A DNA stretch of 32,000 nt, taken from contig CAURWT010000001.1 of the NCBI GenBank assembly GCA_963528875.1, forward strand, positions 30,001 through 62,000. The letters run 5' to 3'. The stretch is from an uncultured Candidatus Saccharimonas sp. GTDB taxonomy: Bacteria; Patescibacteriota; Saccharimonadia; Saccharimonadales; Saccharimonadaceae. Below are positions 1 through 8,424 of this stretch, piece after piece (position 1 is the first letter of the stretch; the number at the start of each line of letters is the position of its first letter). The translations under genes were made by a program, and so were the position numbers. Under the pieces are notes generated by a model, which saw nothing but the letters and a program-made list of their open reading frames with translations, was not told where the DNA came from and ran no database searches.

Positions 1-452
1 TTTTTGAGCTCTGGATTAATCTTGTTAAAATTCTTGTTATCATCAATATCAATTCCTTCAAGAATTTCAGCCTCCTTCTCATCGGAAGTTGGACCGCTAA
101 ATTCCGAAATTGGCAAGCTTTCGCCATCAATAACATCATCTCCTTCGACTTCTAAAATATCAATTTCTGGTACCTCTGGCTTACTTTGAAGGGTTTTCGA
201 AACTGGAATTTTTGCCGCTGCTGACATAGTCTTTAATGCAGAATTATTAGTAATAAAAACGATTTTCTTATCATTTTTTTGCGCAGCTCGAGAAAGCAAG
301 CGAATATTTACAGCACTCCTAAAAATACCCAAACTTTTCGGTGGAACAATTGCAATAATTCTCTCTTTCGAAGATTTTATTTTATTAACAACATCCGTAA
401 TATCATCTTCAACATCAACATAGATTACATCTTTTTTAACTTTTTCACTCAT
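1..452 (-). CDS. hypothetical protein, cut by the window edge (N-terminal ~150 aa visible: MSEKVKKDVIYVDVEDDITDVVNKIK...)
   Basis: ATG at 452-450 with AGAGG SD at 459-463, 12 nt after the ftsA-like stop. My reverse-strand translation stays open to position 1. Absent from the ORF track because no stop lies in the window. No tubulin/FtsZ glycine-rich signatures. Confidence 0.6.
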   Translation of the reverse strand, partial: MSEKVKKDVIYVDVEDDITDVVNKIKSSKERIIAIVPPKSLGIFRSAVNIRLLSRAAQKNDKKIVFITNNSALKTMSAAAKIPVSKTLQSKPEVPEIDILEVEGDDVIDGESLPISEFSGPTSDEKEAEILEGIDIDDNKNFNKINPELK

Positions 453-464
453 ATCTTACCTCTT

Positions 465-1724
465 TTAAGCTCGTAAAATCCTGTTTAGTTTATCACGAAA
501 ACTCTCGCTAGCATTTTCATCAGTACTGTAAGTATCATACCCGACCCGTAAAAGCCCCATTGCTGTAATAAATGTATGATCATTAATTTTTCCAGATTCG
601 TCAATAACTCCCGAAACTTCAGAAGGCTTAATATGTTTTACTATAGGCTTTTTATTGAATGGTAATTCTTGCCACCAATCATCATTTTCCAATCTTTCAA
701 CAAGAGATTCTAAGCTTGAGCCACCACCACATAGCAAAATCTTACTTGGCAGATAATCAACATTTTCAAAATCGCTTAAAGCTAGTTCAACGCCAGAAAT
801 CCAAACATCCAAAGTATTATCAATTGCATCGATTGCCTGCTTTGCAATAGTAGACTTGAGTTTCTCATTCGAAAGGTTTAGCTTTAGTTTTTCAGCGTTC
901 TTGTAAGACAATGAGAGTTCGTTCGCAATTTGATTCGTAAAACTTCGACCACCAATTCCGAACATTTTAGTTCCTTCAACACCACCATCATTCACGACAG
1001 CAATATCAGTTGTTCCACCACCGACATCAGCTAAAATTGCAGTAAAATTGCTTGAAGAGTCTGAACCAACAACACTTCTAGCAACTGCAAAAGGTTCAGC
1101 CGCTACCGCAATTAAATCAAGCGCAAGTTCATTTGCAACACGCTCAATAGCACCAATATGAACAGTTGGCGCAAAAGCTGTATAAATTTGAATTGAAACA
1201 TCTTTCCCCTGAAAACCTATTGGATTCGAAACCTTATAGCCATCAATATGAATCCCAACAATTGCTGAATTAACAAGCTTAATTTCAGCTTCTTGATTTC
1301 CCGTCTCAAGAGCAATCTCTCTTTGAGCTTTAAGCTGAGCTCTTTCTTGAATTTTATCAATAATAAATTCCATTTCAGCTTCATCAAGAGGGCGATTTGG
1401 CTGTGGACGACGATATTTAATTGTATTTGTCGCTCCTTTAACCAACTCACCAGCAATTCCAATTACGGCTTTTTTGGCTTGGATCTCCGCTTGGTCTTCA
1501 GCCTCAATCAAAGCATTCTCACAATTTTGAACAACGCTAGCAATATCAGCAATCGCACCCGAATGCATATCCGCCACACTCTGCCGTGCACGCCCAACAC
1601 CAATAACACGAATTTCATCACCATCAATTTCAGCTACAAGAGCCTTCACGAATTCAGTTCCAATATCAAGGGCAACGATATGATTATCGCTTAAATCTTC
1701 TTTTTGTTTATTCTTGAATAGCAT
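465..1724 (-). CDS. ftsA: actin-like ATPase, cell division protein FtsA-like
   Basis: 419 aa. N-terminal phosphate-1 motif IVALDIGTEFVK, ADVGGGTTDIAV, ILLCGGGS, and a C-terminal amphipathic tail SFRDKLNRILRA. The size fits FtsA better than PilM. Confidence 0.7.
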   Translation of the reverse strand: MLFKNKQKEDLSDNHIVALDIGTEFVKALVAEIDGDEIRVIGVGRARQSVADMHSGAIADIASVVQNCENALIEAEDQAEIQAKKAVIGIAGELVKGATNTIKYRRPQPNRPLDEAEMEFIIDKIQERAQLKAQREIALETGNQEAEIKLVNSAIVGIHIDGYKVSNPIGFQGKDVSIQIYTAFAPTVHIGAIERVANELALDLIAVAAEPFAVARSVVGSDSSSNFTAILADVGGGTTDIAVVNDGGVEGTKMFGIGGRSFTNQIANELSLSYKNAEKLKLNLSNEKLKSTIAKQAIDAIDNTLDVWISGVELALSDFENVDYLPSKILLCGGGSSLESLVERLENDDWWQELPFNKKPIVKHIKPSEVSGVIDESGKINDHTFITAMGLLRVGYDTYSTDENASESFRDKLNRILRA

Positions 1725-1733
1725 ACCAACACT

Positions 1734-1739
1734 ATTATA
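1734..1739 (-). promoter_or_regulatory. -10 box TATAAT, 9 nt upstream of the ftsA-like ATG (leaderless-type)
   Basis: Reverse strand reads ggtTATAATagtgttggtATG. No SD. Confidence 0.4.
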
Positions 1740-1766
1740 AACCGTTTAAGGTTTTTTTGCAAATTT

Positions 1767-2306
1767 TCACAAGATTATTTCTATGTCTTCTAATTCCAAA
1801 ATATCGCTCAAAAAAGTTTTGTTATCCAGTTCGAAAACCTCGCAGTCATACTTTTTTCGAAATTCATCAGCATTAAACCTCTCAAGAGAACCCTTTACGC
1901 CGCTTTTTCTGTCAACTCCAAAAATCCAAGATTCATTATTACCTCGTTTTTTGTATCGATTAACAAACTCACTTATATTTTTAGGATTATTCATTGGAGC
2001 AACCACGCAAAATGGCATTTTTTCTTGAGCTAAAAAATCAATAACTTTCTTATTGTTCCAAACCGCCATAATTTTATCTGGCGAATAATTTTTTACAATT
2101 TCGTTACAATAAATCTGAAGAAAATTATCTTTTCGAACTCTATCAAATCGCCCTTTTGCGTTTTCTTTGCCATATTTCCAAGCCAAATTATCAACATAAA
2201 TAATATCAGAGCTTTCCAAATCTATAAAGTCCTTATGCTTTATTGAACTTTTTCCAACGCCAGGATAGCCAACAACAATAGTTCCGCGTTTAATTTTTTG
2301 AATCAT
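1767..2306 (-). CDS. small P-loop NTPase / kinase-like protein
   Basis: 179 aa with Walker A GYPGVGKS near the N-terminus. Its start overlaps the alaS stop in an ATGA (2303-2306). TGA stop. Confidence 0.6.
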   Translation of the reverse strand: MIQKIKRGTIVVGYPGVGKSSIKHKDFIDLESSDIIYVDNLAWKYGKENAKGRFDRVRKDNFLQIYCNEIVKNYSPDKIMAVWNNKKVIDFLAQEKMPFCVVAPMNNPKNISEFVNRYKKRGNNESWIFGVDRKSGVKGSLERFNADEFRKKYDCEVFELDNKTFLSDILELEDIEIIL

Positions 2307-4186
2307 CGCAAAATAGCCTTAATTCGCCGAACGCCAGCACTTGAAGATTGCTCTTTCACAATCTTAAACTTTTTACCGCCTTCAGCAAGCTCTCGCGTAT
2401 TATCAACATGCGGACCACCACAAATTTCAACGCTAAACGGTTTTTCGCCTTTAGCTTTCATTATATAAACCTTAACCGTTTCACCATATTTATCACCAAA
2501 AACACCAATCGCTTTCAGCTCGTTCAAGGCGTAATCCGTTGGATACTCCGCCCAAGAAACCTCCAGCCCTTTCGAAATTTGATCATTAACCGTATCTTCA
2601 ATTTGCCGTTTTTCTTCATCAGTTAATTTTCGGTCAAAAGTAAAATCAAAACGGAGCCGCTCAGTATTAATATTTGAACCTTTTTGCGCAATTTGCCCCT
2701 CAAACATATTATGAAGTGTCGCATTCATTAAATGAGTAGCTGTATGAAGCTTGCGGTGTTCGAGCGTTTGCCCTTCAAGCCCACCCTTAAACTTACCTTT
2801 TGAAGCCGTCTGCGAGCGTTCGCGTTGCTCTTTCATTTTAGCATCAAATTCCTCACGCCAGTTTTTCGAAAGTGATATTTTACGTCGGATAGCTTCTTCG
2901 GTCGAAAGCTCAAGAGGAAAACCAAAAGTATCATAAAGCTGGAATAATTCCACGCCAGTTAAACTATCTTGAGAAAATTTTTCAAGCTCTCGCAAGCCTT
3001 TTCGAAGCGTTCGGCGGAAAGCTTTCTCCTCTTTTGTCATAACTGCAATAATTTCATCAGATTTTAAAGCAACTTCCTTGTAATCTGGTGCATAGATATC
3101 GACGATTACTGGCACAATCTGTTCAACAAAATTATCTTCTATACCCAAATCAAAAGCCTTCGCCATCGCGCGACGGATAAATTTTCGCATCACATAACCT
3201 TGTTCCTTATTAGAAGGAACACAACCATCAACCGCCAAAAATGTTGCACTTCGCAAGTGGTCGGCAATCACGCGCATCGAAACTTTATTTTCATCGTATT
3301 TTTTACCACTAATTTCTTCAAGCTTTTCGATAATTGGCTTCATCAAGCTAATTTGGAATACATCTGGATTATCAATTTTTGCAGCAGCAATCCTTTCTAA
3401 GCCGCCGCCAAAATCGACGTTTTTCTTTTCAAGCGGCTCGAAAGAACCATCTTCCATTCGTCGATATTGCATAAAAACCTGATTGCCGATTTCCATAAAC
3501 CGACCGCTATCACTCGCTGGATGAGCCTCACCGAAGCTAGAATCATGATTTTCTTCACCGAAATCATAAAAAACTTCTGAATCCGGCCCACAAGGATCAC
3601 CAATTGGTGTTGAATCCAAACCACCACCACGGCTCCACCAGTTTTCTTTATCGTTATAAAAGAAAATTCGTCCGCCTTGAAGCCCGAGCTTATCGCCATT
3701 TTCAGCCGTATCAAGCTCAACAATTTTTGCATCAATACCTTTTTCAGCAAAAACCTTTCGCCAAATCTCTGCTGATTCGTCATCGCGTGGAATATTGTAT
3801 TTTTCGTTACCAATAAAACAAGAAACATATATTTTCGAAGGATCAAGATCTACTACATCTGTTAAGAATTCAAAAAATTGCCGAATTTGCTGCTCTTTAA
3901 AATAATCACCGAGAGACCAATTTCCAAGCATTTCGAAAAAAGTTGTATGGCGGTTATCGCCAACATCATCAATATCTTGCGCCCGCAAGCAGGTCTGGCT
4001 GTCTGTTAATCGCACACCCTTTGGATGTTTTTTACCCAAAAGATACGGCAATAGTGGCTGCATCCCACTCCCCGTGAAAAGAGTTGTTGGGTCATCTTTT
4101 AAAATTAAAGAAGCGCGTTCAATTACTTCGTGGCCATTTTTTTGACAAAATTCTAAATAAGCTTTTCGGATTTCTTGTGCATTCAT
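2303..4186 (-). CDS. alaS: alanine--tRNA ligase, short form (catalytic, tRNA-recognition and editing domains; no C-Ala domain)
   Basis: 627 aa. Class II AlaRS N-terminus (FTGSGMQPL, FFEMLGNWSLGDYFK). Editing-domain zinc motifs HTATH and CGGPHV. Ends at GVRRIKAILR, where the C-terminal coiled coil and C-Ala would normally follow. Confidence 0.95.
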   Translation of the reverse strand: MNAQEIRKAYLEFCQKNGHEVIERASLILKDDPTTLFTGSGMQPLLPYLLGKKHPKGVRLTDSQTCLRAQDIDDVGDNRHTTFFEMLGNWSLGDYFKEQQIRQFFEFLTDVVDLDPSKIYVSCFIGNEKYNIPRDDESAEIWRKVFAEKGIDAKIVELDTAENGDKLGLQGGRIFFYNDKENWWSRGGGLDSTPIGDPCGPDSEVFYDFGEENHDSSFGEAHPASDSGRFMEIGNQVFMQYRRMEDGSFEPLEKKNVDFGGGLERIAAAKIDNPDVFQISLMKPIIEKLEEISGKKYDENKVSMRVIADHLRSATFLAVDGCVPSNKEQGYVMRKFIRRAMAKAFDLGIEDNFVEQIVPVIVDIYAPDYKEVALKSDEIIAVMTKEEKAFRRTLRKGLRELEKFSQDSLTGVELFQLYDTFGFPLELSTEEAIRRKISLSKNWREEFDAKMKEQRERSQTASKGKFKGGLEGQTLEHRKLHTATHLMNATLHNMFEGQIAQKGSNINTERLRFDFTFDRKLTDEEKRQIEDTVNDQISKGLEVSWAEYPTDYALNELKAIGVFGDKYGETVKVYIMKAKGEKPFSVEICGGPHVDNTRELAEGGKKFKIVKEQSSSAGVRRIKAILR

Positions 4187-4194
4187 ATTATTTC

Positions 4195-4203
4195 ATTTTA
4201 CCA
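4195..4203 (-). promoter_or_regulatory. extended -10 TGGTAAAAT, 8 nt upstream of the alaS ATG (leaderless-type)
   Basis: Reverse strand reads tTGgTAAAATgaaataatATG. No SD. Confidence 0.45.
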
Positions 4204-4227
4204 AATTTTAACCTTTTTAGCAAATTA

Positions 4228-4256
4228 TTGATTTTTGAAATTATTTTCTGTATAAT
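4228..4256 (+). promoter_or_regulatory. sigma70-type promoter TTGATT-17-TATAAT
   Basis: -35 at 4228-4233, -10 at 4251-4256, 17-nt spacer. Lies upstream of the small ORF at 4288. Confidence 0.55.
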
Positions 4257-4287
4257 TTAAGTATTCTAATATTATCGGAGGTACATT

Positions 4288-4452
4288 ATGAGAGAAGCAA
4301 AAACTCCTCGCGCATTTATAGTTCGTTTTCTGCTTTCAATTTTTATAATGATTTATTTTGGTATGCTCATATTCGTTATTTTAAATAACGAGCCTATCAA
4401 CAATCAGGCCAATAACCCCAAAAATGAACAAAGAATTGAAAAATTGGAATAA
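4288..4452 (+). CDS. small (54 aa) single-pass membrane protein
   Basis: GGAGG SD at 4277-4281, 6 nt before the ATG. Hydrophobic core FIVRFLLSIFIMIYFGMLIFVIL. Own promoter and terminator. Below the ORF-track size cutoff. Confidence 0.5.
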   Translation: MREAKTPRAFIVRFLLSIFIMIYFGMLIFVILNNEPINNQANNPKNEQRIEKLE

Positions 4453-4486
4453 AAAACTACCATATCTACACTTAATCATTTTCGAA

Positions 4487-4515
4487 AGTCAGTACACACT
4501 GGCTTTTTCTTTTTA
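4487..4515 (+). terminator. rho-independent terminator
   Basis: Stem AGTCAG/CTGGCT (one G-U), 6-nt loop, then TTTTTCTTTTT. Confidence 0.5.
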
Positions 4516-4525
4516 TAATAAATAA

Positions 4526-4554
4526 AACCACTCTTCAATTTTCGAAAAGTGGTT
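4526..4554 (-). terminator. rho-independent terminator for the 4576..5865 gene
   Basis: Stem AACCACT/AGTGGTT. The loop carries TTTCGAAA. A T-run follows on the minus strand. Confidence 0.55.
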
Positions 4555-4575
4555 CGATATCTTAAATACAAAATT

Positions 4576-5865
4576 CTATTGGAATGCCACCAGATATGCT
4601 ACCAATCCGGCACCAGCACCAAGCATTAGAATTGCAATTATAGCCAGCACGACACCCCAGCCAGATTTCTTTTTATGTTTAATGGGTGCAGAATATTCAT
4701 CACTCGAAAGAATCGGTGCCGACATTCTTGCTCGCCGAAGCTCCTTTGTAATAGTTGCGGCTTTTTGCTCATAGTTAGAAACCGGCTTTTTAAATTCGAA
4801 ACTTTTAGCCTGATTTTGATTTGCACCTAATGGTCTTTTTTCAATTTGCGGATTTTGTACGAAAGGTGTTTTTGGCTTTTCAATTTCATCAACAGGCTGA
4901 ATTATTACCTTTTCCAAGACTTCATTTTGTTTTGAATTTTCTTCAACTCTTTCATCAACCTCGAAAATATCTATTCTTTTATTATTTTCTTTTTCTTTGA
5001 TTTGCTCTGATTGATTTTTTTGCTCAGTCTTAACTTCAATCTTTGAAGCTTCAGTTTCAGCTTTACTATCTATATCTTTTTTGATTTTCTCAGAATTATC
5101 AAAAGCAATCGTATTGCCGCCAGTTTTTAAGCTTGAAATTTCTGGCATAACTTTTTCTGGTTTATTTTCGAGATTTAGATTTTCAAAATTCGAACTAGAA
5201 ACTTTTCGCTCTGGAATTTCAACCGTATGTTCACCGTGAAAAACTCGAAGTTTATTACTATCATCACCAATTCGATAGACACCAGCATAAAACTCCGCCC
5301 GACTTGGTGTGGTAGTTTTTTGCTCCGCAATATTAATTTCATTTTTTTGAGATTGAACTTCAGTTTCTTTTCTTGCTTGAGTTTTTTCATTTTTTGAAAC
5401 AACTTTTTTTCGAATCGGTGAATTTTCAAGCTTTTTGATATTTCGAATTGGTTTTTCGCCACCATATGTTTCTAAAATTGGGCTTTCGAAAGCAATTTTC
5501 TCTTCTCTTGCTAAAAGTGAAACGCCAAAATTGTCGCGGTGATGTTCTGGTGGAACGGGCGCACTAAAATCATCCAAAATTCGAACTCTTGGTTTTTTAT
5601 AAACAGATTTTTTCTCATTTTTTGGTTTTTCAACAACCTTTTCAATATTTCGAATTTGTGCTTTTTCGTTATTTTGATGCAATTGGCTTGCCGTCTGCGG
5701 AGCTTTTCGTGCAAAAACCATTTTTTGTTGCTCACGAGAATGTTCAATCTGGCTTTCGATTTTCGAAAAAACCTCATTATTTTTATCTTTCGAATTTGGC
5801 ACAACACCATTTTCAAGATAGCTTCCAACCGCTTTATCTAATTCTTCAAAATCTATATCTCGCAT
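4576..5865 (-). CDS. Lys/Glu-rich, C-terminally anchored membrane protein (hypothetical)
   Basis: 429 aa, low-complexity K/E/N-rich. Single C-terminal TM GWGVVLAIIAILMLGAGAGLVAYLVAF. AAGGA SD. Starts 10 nt after the tpiA stop. Confidence 0.7.
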   Translation of the reverse strand: MRDIDFEELDKAVGSYLENGVVPNSKDKNNEVFSKIESQIEHSREQQKMVFARKAPQTASQLHQNNEKAQIRNIEKVVEKPKNEKKSVYKKPRVRILDDFSAPVPPEHHRDNFGVSLLAREEKIAFESPILETYGGEKPIRNIKKLENSPIRKKVVSKNEKTQARKETEVQSQKNEINIAEQKTTTPSRAEFYAGVYRIGDDSNKLRVFHGEHTVEIPERKVSSSNFENLNLENKPEKVMPEISSLKTGGNTIAFDNSEKIKKDIDSKAETEASKIEVKTEQKNQSEQIKEKENNKRIDIFEVDERVEENSKQNEVLEKVIIQPVDEIEKPKTPFVQNPQIEKRPLGANQNQAKSFEFKKPVSNYEQKAATITKELRRARMSAPILSSDEYSAPIKHKKKSGWGVVLAIIAILMLGAGAGLVAYLVAFQ

Positions 5866-5875
5866 ATTTTTCCTT

Positions 5876-6643
5876 TTACTTTTTTATTGTTTCAAAAACT
5901 TTTTCTGCAATTTTAGCGAATTTTTCAACGCTCAAGCTTGCTCCGCCAATTAGCAAACCATCTATTCCTTTAATATTTGCATAATCTGTTGCGAATTCTG
6001 GCTGAATGCTTCCACCATAAACTACTTGGGTATTCTCAGCAGTTTTTGCGCCATAAAGTTGTTTTATTTGATTTCGAATAACTTTTACCGCTTTTCGAAT
6101 ATCATCAGGGTTAGCATTCACGCCAGTTCCGATCGCCCAAACCGGTTCATACGCAATAATCACTTTCGTAATATCTTCACTTGATACATTTGCAAGCCCG
6201 CCAATTAGCTGATCGTTTAGAACTAAATCAGTTTCATTATGATTTCGCTCATCAGATGTTTCACCAATACACAAAATTGGTCGAATATCGTTTCGAATCG
6301 CTGCAGCAACTTTTGCACGAATATCTTTATCTGTTTCGTGAAAAATATTTCGCCTTTCAGAATGGCCGACTAACGCATATTGGACAATTCCGCGGAGCTG
6401 TGAAATTGCTACTTCGCCAGTAAAAGCTCCGTGATCTCGCCAGTAAAAATTCTGTGCCGCTAACTTAAATTGCCTATGATTAACTTGCAAGCTTAAAGAT
6501 TGCAGAGTGAAAGTTGATGGCGCGAGAATAATTTCCATTCCACGATGAGCTTGAATTCTATCACTCAATTTATGCAAAAAAATACTCGATTCCTGCATAT
6601 TTAAGTTCATTTTCCAGTTGGCGATAACAAGTTTTTTATCCAT
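5876..6643 (-). CDS. tpiA: triose-phosphate isomerase
   Basis: 255 aa. ANWKMN, VGHSERR and AYEPVWAIGTG motifs. Confidence 0.95.
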   Translation of the reverse strand: MDKKLVIANWKMNLNMQESSIFLHKLSDRIQAHRGMEIILAPSTFTLQSLSLQVNHRQFKLAAQNFYWRDHGAFTGEVAISQLRGIVQYALVGHSERRNIFHETDKDIRAKVAAAIRNDIRPILCIGETSDERNHNETDLVLNDQLIGGLANVSSEDITKVIIAYEPVWAIGTGVNANPDDIRKAVKVIRNQIKQLYGAKTAENTQVVYGGSIQPEFATDYANIKGIDGLLIGGASLSVEKFAKIAEKVFETIKK

Positions 6644-6652
6644 AATACTTTT

Positions 6653-6661
6653 ATTTTATCA
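6653..6661 (-). promoter_or_regulatory. extended -10 TGATAAAAT, 9 nt upstream of the tpiA ATG (leaderless-type)
   Basis: Reverse strand reads aaaTGaTAAAATaaaagtattATG. No SD. Confidence 0.4.
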
Positions 6662-6684
6662 TTTTATTTTATTTTTGTAAATTC

Positions 6685-8001
6685 TTATGCTTTATTTTCT
6701 AGAACTTCAAATCCTGGTAAAATTTCACCGCTCATCAATTCAAGAGCTGCACCACCACCAGTTGAAATTAATGAAAAATCTGCATTCTCCACATTTTGAA
6801 TCGACCAATCCAAAACAAAAGCTGAAGTGTCACCACCACCAACTATTGATTTTGCACCATTTTTTGTAGCTTTCGAAATTGCAGAACAAGTTTGAGAAGA
6901 GCCTTTTGCAAAATTCTCAAATTCAGCATAACCAATCGTTCCATTCCAAACTATCATTTTTGCATTTAAAATTTCATTTTCAATTCGCTGAATCGATTTT
7001 TCTCCTAAATCAAGAATAATCTCGTTTTCTAAAACCGCCGTAACAGGCTTTTCAATTCTCTCAGCATCTTTCGAAAATTCACTCGCCACAGCAACATCTT
7101 CTGGCAAAATTATGAAACTTCGCAAACTATTAAACCCAACTTTTCGCTCCGCAAGCTCAAAAATCTGCTCAATAATCTCATTTTGACCATCTTCAATTCG
7201 GCTTTTCCCAACTTCAACATTTAAATATTTTAAAAAAGTGTTCGCCATAGCTCCAGCTACGATAATTTTATCAGCTCGCTCAATAAATTTCTCAATTAAC
7301 GGCAGTTTATCAGATATTTTCGCACCGCCCATTACTGCCACAAATGGTCTTTCGGGGCTTTTAAAAGCTCGCAAGATCGTCGAGTATTCTTTTTCAAGCA
7401 ACAAACCAGCTACGCTTGGTATTTTTTTGGCAATTTCACTAGTTGAGGTATGTTCACGATGAATAACGCCAAAACCATCTTGCACGAATAAATCCGCACC
7501 AGTAACCTGTGCTAACGCTTCCGCAAATTCTGGTAAATTATTTTTTTCAGCCTTTGAAAAACGCAAATTCTCTAACATTTCAATCTTATAGTCATCATCT
7601 GCATCTTTCATTGAAACTGAATACCGTGTTCGCGGAAAGATTGGCGTAGTGTGAAAATTCATCGGAAAATTCAAGCCTTCAGCCTGTAGAAGCTCACGCA
7701 AATTATTAAAAACTGGTCGCAAAGAATATTTTCGAGTTCCATTAGGCAAATGTTCAAGTTCATCTAAATCGGCAATTCCTTCAATTGATTTTGGTCGCCC
7801 CATATGCGAAATAATAATTATTTTTTTCGCCCCTCGTTCAATCAGATTTTTTATTGTTGGTAAACTCGCCCGAATTCGATAATTATTCAAAATTTTCGCT
7901 GAGCCACTTTCTAAGTATTCAATAGGTACATTATAATCTGCACGAAGCAAAATTACCTTTCCTCGCACATCAACGTCATTTATAGTTTTTTTGTTAAACA
8001 T
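6685..8001 (-). CDS. pgk: phosphoglycerate kinase (long form, 438 aa)
   Basis: LLRADYNVP, ISHMGRPK, MLENLRF, GGGDT and STGGGA motifs. Roughly 40 extra residues compared with typical ~395-aa enzymes. Confidence 0.95.
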   Translation of the reverse strand: MFNKKTINDVDVRGKVILLRADYNVPIEYLESGSAKILNNYRIRASLPTIKNLIERGAKKIIIISHMGRPKSIEGIADLDELEHLPNGTRKYSLRPVFNNLRELLQAEGLNFPMNFHTTPIFPRTRYSVSMKDADDDYKIEMLENLRFSKAEKNNLPEFAEALAQVTGADLFVQDGFGVIHREHTSTSEIAKKIPSVAGLLLEKEYSTILRAFKSPERPFVAVMGGAKISDKLPLIEKFIERADKIIVAGAMANTFLKYLNVEVGKSRIEDGQNEIIEQIFELAERKVGFNSLRSFIILPEDVAVASEFSKDAERIEKPVTAVLENEIILDLGEKSIQRIENEILNAKMIVWNGTIGYAEFENFAKGSSQTCSAISKATKNGAKSIVGGGDTSAFVLDWSIQNVENADFSLISTGGGAALELMSGEILPGFEVLENKA

Positions 8002-8035
8002 TTTGTTCCTTTTTATTTTGAAAATATTTTACACA

Positions 8036-8064
8036 ATTTTAACATAAACTCATTAATTATTCAA
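8036..8064 (-). promoter_or_regulatory. sigma70-type promoter TTGAAT-17-TAAAAT for pgk
   Basis: -35 at 8059-8064, -10 at 8036-8041 (minus strand). AAGGAA SD before the ATG at 8001. Confidence 0.55.
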
Positions 8065-8174
8065 CTATTTTATTTTATAGGCTATATATTTTATATTACC
8101 AAAAAATAGCAAAACTCCGATCCAGCCATATCCAATTCTGTAAAATATATTACACCAATTTAATAATAAAACTA

Positions 8175-8203
8175 TTGACATATTAATAATTTTGTGCTAT
8201 AAT
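8175..8203 (+). promoter_or_regulatory. consensus sigma70 promoter TTGACA-17-TATAAT with TGn
   Basis: -35 at 8175-8180, -10 at 8198-8203, preceded by TGC. No annotated gene lies downstream on the + strand. Confidence 0.65.
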
Positions 8204-8364
8204 GATAACATAATCATCCAAAAAACAAAAAAATATCAAAATAAAAAATGATTATAGAAAGGAAACATTTTGTTTAAAGTTATTCGAGTAAACCAATCTG
8301 AAGAATCTTATTCAGTGAACGTTCGAACAAGTCGCGAAAAATAATTAAGACTTTCAAAAACCCA
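8204..8364 (+). other. candidate small transcript (sRNA, or carrier of a 24-codon sORF at 8270-8344)
   Basis: Bounded by the consensus promoter and the terminator at 8365-8396. ATAATCAT (8210-8217) can pair with ATGATTAT (8248-8255). TTG-start sORF MFKVIRVNQSEESYSVNVRTSREK with AAGGAAA upstream. Confidence 0.3.
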
Positions 8365-8396
8365 AAAAATCGCCCGATGTCCTTGGGGCGATTTTT
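8365..8396. terminator. bidirectional rho-independent terminator
   Basis: 11-bp stem AAAAATCGCCC/GGGCGATTTTT with a 10-nt loop. A/T runs on both sides. Serves typA (minus) and the small + strand unit. Confidence 0.75.
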
Positions 8397-8424
8397 AAAT
8401 ATTTTAGTAAATTGTCAAGCGTTG

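Noticed and set aside
1767-1769. Possible UGA recoding (genetic code 25 or 4, as in some CPR lineages and Mollicutes).
   Set aside because: All long conserved ORFs are intact under the standard code with no in-frame TGA. TGA serves as a stop in two ATGA-type overlaps (2303-2306 and 27686-27689) and at 1767-1769.
3397-3846. 149-aa minus-strand ORF inside alaS in another frame, along with the other short internal ORFs in the track (1217-1462, 1293-1694, 9170-9439, 14630-15565 and similar).
   Set aside because: They are nested within well-supported conserved genes, have no initiation signals and have implausible compositions.
5539-5984. Two plus-strand ORFs (100 and 131 aa) opposite the K/E-rich gene and the end of tpiA.
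   Set aside because: They are the F/L/I-rich mirror image of a Lys/Glu-rich coding strand. They have no SD or promoter, and one runs into tpiA.
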